Positions 53,846-64,000 of a DNA stretch of 64,000 bases are shown here, piece by piece; position 1 is the first letter of the stretch, and each line of letters begins with the position of its first letter. The notes under the pieces were generated by a model that worked only from the letters and a program-made list of their open reading frames with translations, made no database searches and was not told the origin of the DNA. The stretch comes from Octopus vulgaris (Eukaryota). The translations under genes and the position numbers were made by a program. The stretch covers positions 2,728,001 to 2,792,000 of the forward strand of contig OX597823.1 of the NCBI GenBank assembly GCA_951406725.2, given 5' to 3'.

Positions 53846-55551
53846 GTATATATTTGTATTTCTGTCTGTGTGTTTGTCCCACACCTTCACTTCAGAACCG
53901 GTGTTGGTGTTTCTACCTCCCCGTAAATTAGCGGTTCGGCTAAACAGATCGAGAGAATAAGAACTAGGCCTACAGAGAATAAGTTCTGGCTTCTATTTCT
54001 TCGTCTAAAAGCAGTGCTCCTGCATGGCCGCAGTCCGTGATTGTAATAACTGAAACACATAAAAGATTACACACACACACACATACAATGGCGTCATTGT
54101 TACTGAAATCTTTATATTGATAAACAGGTAAGGAATGTGTGCATACACCCACCCACATGCAATGGCTTCGTTGTTACGGAGATCTTTATATTGATAAATC
54201 TAAAGATCTCGTTGCATTTGCAAACAGTATAGCTTTCACTAATCAGGAAGGCTAAACTCTGGAGCTTGACGTTCTGATTGGACCAAGTGGTGTCCTGGTT
54301 GTGCATCAAGCATCAGGTTTAAATTTTATTCATGCTTTATTATTTTTGTTTGTTTGTTACTTTGGTCTACGTGTTTTTCAAATCTGGGCTTCGTTTCCGG
54401 CCTAGGGTTATACAATTTCAGCATATTTTCTTTATGAAACTTTACTGCTTTTATTCTTTCCTTTTTTCTTTTTTCTTTTTCGTTTTGCTCTCTTCTGTTT
54501 TCTATTTTTTCTTTTTAAGTCTCTTATTCTCTTTGTTTTTTGTCTTTTTGTTTTTTTGTTTTTACCTGACACACACTTAACCGGTTGAATGGAACTCCTC
54601 ACAGCATCTTCCGTTTCACTTTCCGTACCAACTTTCATTCCTGCAATTTATACTATTTCCAGATTAAAGTTCTGCTAGAAAACAAAGACGAATTCTCAGA
54701 AGTTCATTGTCTTCAGCTCCCTATCTTCTCAGATTCTCACACATAAACTGCACTGAACTTTATATATTTTTCATTGGCTTTCGTAATTTTATTCACAGTT
54801 CTTATTCACATGAAACCTCTTATGATTCTACCAATAAATATTTATGAAAACCCCTTTTTCGTAACGGATGGTTTCGGTCAGCTAAATGTCGTAATCTCTC
54901 CGTTTTGTAATCAAATAGAGGAGATACAATTCAAGGGAGACATGTTTAAGTTACAAATATTCTTCACTTGCAAATTGTTGCATGGAATCCCTTCTCGATG
55001 ACGCGTACCCTAAAACGCATGGATTAAATCAACTCTTCCGTCTTCTTCACTAAGCCTTTCACATAACTAAATCTTTCTTGGTGGAATTTGAATATTTAAA
55101 CTGAATATAGGACTAGATATTCATATGAGACGCTTGATAGCTTTCCTCTTTGTAGACAGCGTTGTATAATTAACGAGCGGAGAATAACTCGGACAATACT
55201 CCATTCCGTGTGTCCTCCTCTCGTAATGGAAGCGTCGGGTTGCTGTCATGATACACGGATAGTCTTGGACATTCAAAAAATGCTGGTTCTCGTGTTTCGC
55301 GAGCACTGACAGAAACAGAATCCTTGCAGTGAGGAAGAAAAGGAGGCAGAGAGATGAGAATCGGCACAAAAAGGGAATTAGTAATTTATCGATAATGAAA
55401 CAGCGAAAGGCATAAGTGGCCTGAGAGATGAGATTCGGACAAGAATGTAGAGAAAAGGAAAGACTACACAAGAAATTATGTTGCATGCCAATCCGATGCC
55501 AATGTTTGCTAATAGTAATGGTGCAGTGGAACATAACATATATAGCAGGGT

Positions 55552-55671
55552 CACTAGCATAGCTGACGTGGGGCGGTAGGTGTGGTCCGCTAGGGCGGCA
55601 CTTTTAAAGGGGTCTGAATGCGGCAAACGTAGGGGCCACCCCGGGGGGCACACATTCTAGTTCCGTTAGTG
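55552..55671. mobile_element. hAT-type MITE, paralogue in duplication copy B
   Basis: Same TIRs; 8-bp TSD agcagggt / agcacggt. Confidence 0.68.
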
Positions 55672-56149
55672 AGCACGGTGTATACATTTCTTTTATATAA
55701 TAGTAATGGAAGCACTTTAGTGTAGAAAGAAATCCGTGCTCCGTGTGGCAGATCTGATCCTAATAAAGCGGTAATTACGAAAGATCTGTATTTCTAGGAA
55801 CAATGGAGGCAGTTCTGAGAAACTGGCTCCGAAATATCGTTTGCCGTGTGTTGGGAGAAACTGTTGAAAAGTTTCGACTCACTCGCATAGGAAAGAATTT
55901 ATGTGAGAGAAGCGCAACTATTTGTATAGACATAAAAATCAATAATAATTTATAAGCTAGGCAAAGAATGCCTACAGAAATAAACACACATGGGGAGCGC
56001 CCTGTATCGAGCCTCTTTATGTTGAAGCATCGGCAGACGTATGACAAGTGGTGAAACATCATTTCACTATGGCAATATGAAATGGAAATATTTATCGACC
56101 TCCTACACACACAGAAGTAAGACTCATGCTCTCAGGAACGACTCATTGC

Positions 56150-58300
56150 AAACAAACACAGGTGGAGTCACCTGCTCTACCTCACCAATGCACTAGTCAT
56201 GGAAAAAGTTGTACTCAGACCAACTAGGGAGAATAACATTTTGGATCTCTGCTTCACAAACAATATAGACATCATTCATGATGTGAAAGTAACGCCGACA
56301 TTAGTCTCGGATCACAACATAATAGAGATTTCTATGTTTGGGCCGAAAGTAGCCAGAGGCATACAGCCAAAAGGAAGCACCCTAAATCTCTCCAATCGGA
56401 ACTTCCACAAAGTAGACTGGAAACCGATCCAAAAAGAGATCCGCAGACAGGACTGTCCGAAATATCTCTCCACACCAGACATTGGCATGAAACTAGAATA
56501 TTTCATGTCTGTTATGCAAGCCATATGCCAGAAATATGTTCCAGAGCACAAGGCCACAACAAATTGGAACAAGATTCCAAAGGAGAGGAAGATTCTCATG
56601 ATATGACGGACGAAGGTTGCAAATCGCCTCAACCAACATGCCAAAAGTAGTGAAAGGTCCCGCCTAAAAACAACACTGATGTAGATTGGATAAAGATTGC
56701 AACAATTTTATGAGAGGGAGAGAGTAGACAAAGAAGCCTGGGTTAGTAAAAACATTAGTAAAAACAGAGCTTTCTTGCAAATGGCAGACTGCCAAGCAAG
56801 CTGAAGGAGGGAATAATATGCCCAATCAATAAAGGAAGCAGAGCAGATGCCAAAACCATAGGCATATCTCTCTGACTTCACACATCAGCAAAGTCATGGA
56901 ACAGATCGTCAGAGGGAAACCAATTGCATACCTTGAAGAAAATAATTTGTTGAGTGATACCCAGCATGACTTTCGAACAGGTAGGAGCTGCCTGACCCAG
57001 CTCTTACAACATTATGACTTGGTGTTGAGGCAGTTACTCAACAACTCAAATGTGGACGTAACATACCTTGATGTCGCAAAAGCTGTTGATTAGGGTATGA
57101 TATGCCACAAACTGCGCTTTCTCGGCGTAGCAGGAAAACTTGTTGTGTGGTTACATGACTTTCTGAAAGATAGAAGTCAGGAAGTAGTGGCCAATAGCGC
57201 CTCCTCAACGAAAACACAAATAGTGAGCGGTGTTCCACAGGGCACTGTCTTGGCACCGCTGCTTTTCATAGTGGCCCTCTTAGATATGCCCTCAACTGCC
57301 CGGATAGCTACCCTTGCAAGGTACGCAGACGATACGAATGTCTCGTAGAAAATACAGAAGCCCAGCAATGTTGCACACCTGCAGCAGGAGATGACCTCAA
57401 TTTACAGATGGGCTGAGGATAATAATATGCAGTTAAATGCTGAAAAATTCCAAGCCCTGCGCTACCAGCATCCAAAACTGAATATGAAACTTACAGGGTA
57501 CACTGGTCCACAGGGAATTTTAATCCCAGAGCCTAAGTCAATGAAGGACCTGGGTATCGACATGCGTGATGATACCGCTTTTCAAGTGCACATTACCAGG
57601 ATGGTGACAAAGTGCAGACGACAAACTCGATGGATCCTGAGAATATTCAGAACGAGCGAGAAGGAAACCCCGATGGTCCTCTGGAGGACATTCTTCTCCA
57701 GCTGCATGGATTCCTGCTTCCAGCTATGGTCACCCAACAGTGTAAAATTAACAGCGGTCCTTGAAGCAATCCAGCGAAGCTTTACAAAGAAGATCGTCTC
57801 ATTGCAACAGCTCAGCTAATTGGAAAGGCTGCAACAGCTAAGACTCTACTCCCTGAAGCTAAGGCGGGAGAGGTATGCAGTAATATATACATCTGGAAGA
57901 TCCTGGAAGGAATTGTGCCAAATTTTGGCATTGGAAGCTACATCAATGCAAGGAACGGGTCGACACCGCACACTGCCAAATATCCCAGCAATGCCATCGA
58001 GCTTCAGGACCAGTTACTGCAACAACCTGTGTTTCGGGGAACCACATCTTGTTTAATATTCTCCCAAAGAACCTGAGGAATCTGCACAAAGTAGATGTAG
58101 GCGTTTTTCAATCAAAGCTGGACGTCTTCCTGTCGAGAGTCCCAAATGAACGTACCTCAAGGCAAGAGGTGCAAATAAGGGTAGCTATATCAAACTCCAT
58201 TCTAAACCAAGTGGCATATATTAGAGGAGGATCTCAGTAATCAGTGTAGCAAAACAGCGGTGCTCCAACATGGCCACAGCAATGAGCTGAAATTATAAAA
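56150..58300 (+). mobile_element. Decayed CR1-type LINE ORF2, duplicated copy with an extra internal deletion near 56760
   Basis: Same motifs and the same inactivating stops as 44990-47390. Confidence 0.9.
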
Positions 58301-58347
58301 ATGTATGTACATATTTTATATATATATATATATATGTATGTATGAAA

Positions 58348-58686
58348 GCGCATGGCTCAGTGGTTAGAGCGTCGAGCTTACGATCGTGAGGTTGTGAGCT
58401 CGAATCCCGGACCGGGCTGCGTGTTGTGTTCTTGAGCAAGGCACTTTATTTCACGTTGCTCCAGTTCACTCAGCTGTAGAAATGAGTTGCGACGTCACTG
58501 GTGCCAAGCTGTATCGACCTTTGTCTTTCCCTTGGATAACATTGGTGGCGTGGAGAGGGGAGGCTGGTATGCATGGGCGACTGCTGGTCTTCCGTAAACA
58601 ACCTTGCCCGGACTTGTGTCTAGGAGGGCAACAGTCTAGGTGCAATCCCATGGTCATTCATGAACGAAGGGGGTCTTTACCCCTTT
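58348..58686 (+). mobile_element. tRNA-derived SINE (second family), full length
   Basis: As 47435-47706, but retains the segments deleted there. Confidence 0.87.
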
Positions 58687-58779
<93 letters not shown>

Positions 58780-58825
58780 GTATATACATATATATATGTA
58801 TATACATATATATATATATATATTG

Positions 58826-58910
<85 letters not shown>

Positions 58911-58933
58911 GGAGATGTCGAACACGAGTGGTG

Positions 58934-59143
58934 ATATATAAAAAGGAAATGAAGAAAATGCTGACAAATAATTGATAATTTAAGTAATTTAATTAGGTGA
59001 AAGTTCTTTTACCGGTTGCGCATTTGTTATGCTTATCAAAATATGCTTATCATATTTTGATAAGCATAACAATAACCGTAAAACTTTCACCTAATTAAAT
59101 TACTTAAATTACTTCAATTATTTGTCAGCATTTCTTCATTTCC

Positions 59144-59152
<9 letters not shown>
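58934..59152. repeat. ~220-bp palindrome of a pLTR-like sequence with a U3-A8 hammerhead relic (59006-59041, minus)
   Basis: Arms mirror about ~59048; minus strand reads TT-TTGATAA-GCAT-AACAA-ATGC-GCAAC-CG-GTA-AA; absent from duplication copy A. Confidence 0.8.
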
Positions 59153-59197
<45 letters not shown>

Positions 59198-59663
59198 TCC
59201 AAACGAGAAAACCGAAAAAGACAACAACACAAAGAGGTGGAACAATTAAAGTTATATATATATATATATGTATATACATACATACATATATATATGTATA
59301 TATTTATATACATATGTGATAAAAAAAACAAGACGGTTTGCATGATTCGACGAATTAATAGGCGAAAACTCATAAAAAACGTAGAAATTGTTACCTTATA
59401 GACGTGTACTTGGATATTTTGGTTAAAAACCGCAATATATTCTGCTACAAGTCAAGTTTGTACACTTGAGTTCAACAACGCACGCCAGATTTTCCTCTTT
59501 CGAAATTAGCACGTGGTGAAATCTTCAAAATTTATTTCCAGTCGACTCTAACAACAAAAAAGAACCGTTTTTCTTTTCTTTCATTGAAAAACCTCTTCGT
59601 ATACCTTCTATAAGATAAGTACCCTTATTACATTAATTAATTTACCCGTAAATAAACGTAAGG

Positions 59664-59869
59664 TCTGTTTACATTCTGTAAAAATCAATCTATCGTTAAT
59701 ATACATATATATATCGTCAATTCTATCGTTAATATATACATATATATATATCGTTTATTTCTATCGTTAATTCTGTAATTCTATCGTAATAATCTATCGT
59801 TAATAAATATATATATATATATCGTAAATTCTATCGTTGATTCTGTAATTCTATCGTAGTAATCTATCG

Positions 59870-59913
<44 letters not shown>

Positions 59914-60024
59914 TTAATTCTATCGTTAATTCTGTAATTCTATCGTAATAATCTATCGTTAATATACATATATATATCGTTTATTTCTATCGTTAATTCT
60001 GTAATTCTATCGTAATAATCTATC

Positions 60025-60087
<63 letters not shown>

Positions 60088-60204
60088 GTAAATTCTATCG
60101 TTGATTCTGTAATTCTATCGTAATAATCTATCGTTAATATATATATATATATATCGTTAATTCTATCGTTAATTCTGTAATTCTATCGTAATAATCTATC
60201 GCTA

Positions 60205-60264
<60 letters not shown>

Positions 60265-60365
60265 TAAATTCTATCGTTGATTCTGTAATTCTATCGTAGT
60301 AATCTATCGTTAATATATATATATATATCGTTAATTCTCTCGTTAATTCTGTTTACATTCTGTTA
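59664..60365 (+). repeat. Minisatellite: about 7 copies of TATCGTTAATTCTATCGTTAATTCTGTAATTCTATCGTAATAATCTATCGTTAA separated by variable (TA)n
   Basis: Direct reading; bounded by the direct repeat tctgtttacattctgt. Confidence 0.92.
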
Positions 60366-60702
60366 ATTCCTTCTCTCTCTGTCTCTTCAGTTCTCTCCCT
60401 CACGCCTCTCCTTGTCTCTTCATTACTCTCTTCTTTCTTACTCTCCTCTTTCAGCTCTCAATCTCTCCTCTCTTCTTTCAGCTCTCAATCTCTCTTTAAG
60501 TACAGAGACGCTTTCTCTCTCTCCCTTCAGCTCTCAGTCTCTCCTCTTCCTCTTCTCTCTTACTCTCTTCTTTCGGATCCCAATCTCTCCTTAAGTACAT
60601 AGACGCTCTCTTTCTCTATTTCTTCCCTACACCCTATTGCACTATTAGATCAATATAAATTAATATAATCAGATAGATAGATAGATAGATAAAATATCAA
60701 GA

Positions 60703-61593
60703 ATGTCCAGGACTTGGAAAAGTGACGAACTGGCTTTGTTCCTGAGAGGATGGCAATGCACTGACGGAGAAAATCCAAATAACATAATCACGGCTGCGCT
60801 GAAGAGCAGCGGATACAAAAGGACGTCAGCCCAAATAGAGCGAAAGAAGCAAGAATTTATACGCTCCTACGCACTTGTCAGATCGCACATTAACACGCTG
60901 GATGCCATCTTCGACAGCGAAAAACGCGAACAAAGTAAAGATGGCAAGGATGGAGACGCGGGCGCTGATGAAAAAGGTCACCCCCACCTGGTAGACGCCC
61001 AGGAAGAAACCTCCAGTGAGAAACCTTCCCGGGAGGTAAACCCAAGTGCGGGTGCTCCTACCGGCACCAAAAGCCATGGACATGGAGATGAAAGAACCAA
61101 AAAAGGAGGAAAAACTAACACTAAAAATCAGGCAAAACCAAAAAACGAAACAGCCAAGGATAGAAGCAAACCTAACTATCCGTATGCCAAAAAGGATGGA
61201 AACAAGCAGCGCACACGGGTATGTAGGTTCTACCTGAGAGGTGCCTGCCGGCATGGAGAGGATGGTGCAGGCTGCCGTTTTGCACATCCGGGACCCTGCC
61301 GCAGAAACCAACCACCGAAAGGAAAAGGGATGGACCACGCACCGCCTGACCCAAAACGGAGGTACGCAGATGTGGTGCGGGCCACAGACCGCCAACGTGT
61401 TGTTGAAAGGGCAGCTGCTAAACAAGAATCTTTTTTGTGCATGGCACAAAAGATTGTACAGCAGCTAACCTGGCTCCATCAAACTCAAGCTCACAGATGG
61501 AACTACCCACAGTTCACAAGACCGCCACAGCAGATGGACCCAGGGTGGACACCACCGGCAACACCATACACCTCACCTCGATGCTCCTACTGA
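60703..61593 (+). CDS. LINE ORF1p, 296 aa: Myb/SANT-trihelix-like N-terminus + CCCH zinc finger
   Basis: RTWKSDELALFLRGW..LKSSGYKRTSAQIERKKQEFIRSY; CRFYLRGACRHGEDGAGCRFAH. Confidence 0.85.
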   Translation: MSRTWKSDELALFLRGWQCTDGENPNNIITAALKSSGYKRTSAQIERKKQEFIRSYALVRSHINTLDAIFDSEKREQSKDGKDGDAGADEKGHPHLVDAQEETSSEKPSREVNPSAGAPTGTKSHGHGDERTKKGGKTNTKNQAKPKNETAKDRSKPNYPYAKKDGNKQRTRVCRFYLRGACRHGEDGAGCRFAHPGPCRRNQPPKGKGMDHAPPDPKRRYADVVRATDRQRVVERAAAKQESFLCMAQKIVQQLTWLHQTQAHRWNYPQFTRPPQQMDPGWTPPATPYTSPRCSY

Positions 61594-64000
61594 ACATCAG
61601 AGGACTACTAACACACAGTAACAGGACAAAAGTCCCGTTCTTGAGAGACTTTGTTGCATGCAATCAAGCCTTATGCATAGCACTTACGGAAACACACCTG
61701 AAACCGGACATAGCCGATGCGGAATTACACATACCACAGTATGTTGTACTACGGACCGACAGAAAAGAAAGGAGTCATGGAGGAGTTGCTATGTACATCC
61801 GTGAGGACCTCACACCCCAGGTCCTTTTGTCATACTCAAACTCGGTGTGTGACACACTAATTGTACATGTAAGGCAACTTGATGTAGTTGTGTGTGCTAC
61901 ATATCGCCCTCCAGATGCCCCAAGCCATATGGGCAAGTTTGAGGACTGCCTTATAAAAATAGAAGAAGTTCTAGTCACACTAGAACAGCACATAAGTGTA
62001 CTTCTCATGGGAGACTTCAACCTACCCAATGTCAGATGGCCCGAGGGCTTTTCTCTCCCAGGAATGACACGATGTGAACGGGGACAGGCGAGGTCCCTCC
62101 TGAACCTCATCAACACCCTGTACATGGAGCAAGTAATACTCCAACCAACCAGGGCAGGTAACACACTGGATCTCTGCTTCACAAATAATATGGATCTCAT
62201 CCATAATGTGAAAGTGACACCGACACTACTCTCGGATCACAATATGGTAGAGCTGACCATGTACGGGCCAAAGGAAAGCATGGACATGCAGCCTACAAGA
62301 AACTCTCAGAATCTTTCCAGCTTGAACTTCAATAAGGCAAACTGGAAACAAATTGAGAAAGAGATCCTCAAACAAAACTGGCCTGAATGTCTCTCCTCGC
62401 GGACATCGACATGAAACTTCAACAATTCATGTCTGTAATGCAAGCCATATGCTACAAGTGTGTCCCAGAGAGAAAGGCCACTGTAAACAAGAACAAAATC
62501 CCCAGAGAGAGGAAAATTTTAATGAGACGGCGTACAAACATTTCAAATCGCCTAAACAAACAAATTGAAAGCAGTGAAAAGTCCCGCCTGAAAATAAAAC
62601 TATTGGAAATTGAGAAATGTCTGCAAATCTCCCATGAAAAGGAAAGAGCAGACAAAGAAGCCTGGGCTATAGACAACATAAAAACAAACCCCAGAGATTT
62701 CTACAGGTATGCCAAAGAAACAGCTACGGTGCACTGTAGGATAGGGCCACTCCTTGAAAAGGATGGCACACTCACAGGAAAACCAATGAGGGTAAGTGAA
62801 ATACTGAATGAGCAATTCAAGAGTGTTTTCACTCCACCCCTTGGGCATTTCCAAATCAGCAATCCAACTGACTTCTTTACCACTGCAGGTATAAAATCAG
62901 AGGCGGCGACGATAAATTACATCGATATAAAGGAAGACGATGTAATAAAGGCTATAGATGAAATGAAAACAGACTCAGCTATTGGCCCCGATGGATTCCC
63001 GGCAATCCTCCTAAAAGTATGTAAGAGAGTCCTAGCAAGACCACTGCAGTTCCTCTTTCAGAGCTTCCTTGCAGCTGGCAAACTTCCAAGAAAACTGAAG
63101 GAAGGTAAAATATGCCCTATTCGTAAAGGAGGTAGCAGAGCGGAGGCCAAGAACTACAGACCTATCTCTCTCACCTCACACATCAGCAAGGTCATGGAAC
63201 GAATAGTCAGAAGGAAACTAATCACCTTCCTTGAAGAAAATGACTTGCTGCCTGACACCCAACATGGTTTCCGACCAGGAAGAAGCTGCTTAACTCAGCT
63301 CCTACAACACTATGACTGGGTGCTGAAACAACTGCTCAACCACTCAAATGTGGAAGTCATATATCTCGACTTTGCAAAGGCCTTTGATAATTTCGATCAT
63401 GGAATGATATGTCACAAACTGCGTGATCTTGGCATAGTTGGAAAATTGGGAGAATGGCTTCATGACTTTCTGAAGAATAGAAGTCAGGTGGTAACAGCCA
63501 ATGGGGCCACTTCCATTAACACGCAAATAATGAGCGGTGTTCCGCAGGGCACTGTTTTGGGACAACTACTGTTCATAATGGCCCTCACAGACATGCCCTC
63601 AGCCACGCAGAGAGCTACGATCACAAGTTATGCAGATGATACAAAAGTTTCACAGGCAATACAGAACCCTGAGGACACTAAGCACCTGCAATGTGAGCTG
63701 GACGAAATATACAAGTGGGCTGAAAAGAATAGCATGCAGTTCAATGCTGAAAAGTTTCAAGCTTTATACTATCAGCATGCAAAACTGAATGCAATACCCA
63801 ATGAATACACTGGACCCGGAGGGATTGCAATCCCAGAGGCACAATCAGTGCGTGACCTGGGTATTCACATGAGTGATGACGCGACCTTTCATGTACATGT
63901 TGCTAAACTGGCAATGAAATGTAGACGGCTGGCTGGATGGATTCTTAGAACCTTCAGAACAAGAGAACAAGAAACCATGATGGTCCTCTGGAAGACACTT
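61437..64000 (+). pseudogene. LINE ORF2 (APE + RT) with one frameshift near 62400, apparently open thereafter to the window end
   Basis: NIRGL, LTETHL, YRPP, GDFNLP and SDHN, then NYRPISLTS, QHGFR, LDFAKAFD, GVPQG and YADD; apparent 1-nt deletion versus the relative at ~56467-56492. Confidence 0.9.

Larger units (their letters stand above)
53547..59295 (+). repeat. Segmental duplication, copy B
   Basis: Colinear with 42417-48052; copy-specific indels. Confidence 0.95.
59320..64000 (+). mobile_element. Young CR1-type LINE running off the right edge (5' boundary uncertain)
   Basis: Intact ORF1 overlapping ORF2; APE and RT motifs. Confidence 0.9.

Noticed and set aside
59664-60365. Repeat-spacer pattern superficially like a CRISPR array
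   Set aside because: The spacers are only (TA)n of variable length, the context is eukaryotic, and there are no cas genes.
60826-62200. Antisense ORFs over LINE and PLE coding regions (also 49927-50490 and 35857-36168)
   Set aside because: Shadow ORFs of the TE reading frames with no independent motifs.

Overview
AT-rich, microsatellite-dense eukaryotic genomic DNA; the SINE/LINE/Penelope repertoire is most consistent with an octopus-like cephalopod (inference). One host gene is recoverable by reading splice sites: a minus-strand lipoxygenase with a TATA box at 34131-34140, a non-coding first exon (34061-~34106) and coding exons at 16805-16966, 13282-13323, 9115-9243 and 1736-1836, continuing off the left edge. 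Its predicted N-terminus enters the catalytic domain with no PLAT domain. Nearly everything else is mobile DNA: Penelope-like elements (PLEs), two near-intact CR1-type LINEs (48053-52693 minus; ~59320->64000 plus) whose ORF1s share a Myb/SANT-trihelix-like + CCCH zinc-finger architecture, R4/Dong-type elements in (TAA)n, an L1/Tx1 fragment, mariner and DD37D-like transposons, a Helitron, hAT MITEs, tRNA-derived SINEs, and a ~5.6 kb tandem segmental duplication. The most striking non-coding signal is a set of about ten hammerhead-ribozyme-like motifs in PLE-type repeats that together show all four Watson-Crick combinations at core positions 3-8 (C-G, U-A, A-U, G-C). One of them sits at the tail of a tRNA-headed SINE. 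The four copies found sense to the lipoxygenase pre-mRNA each carry a likely disabling lesion. All calls are by eye; no searches were run, and TE boundaries are approximate.
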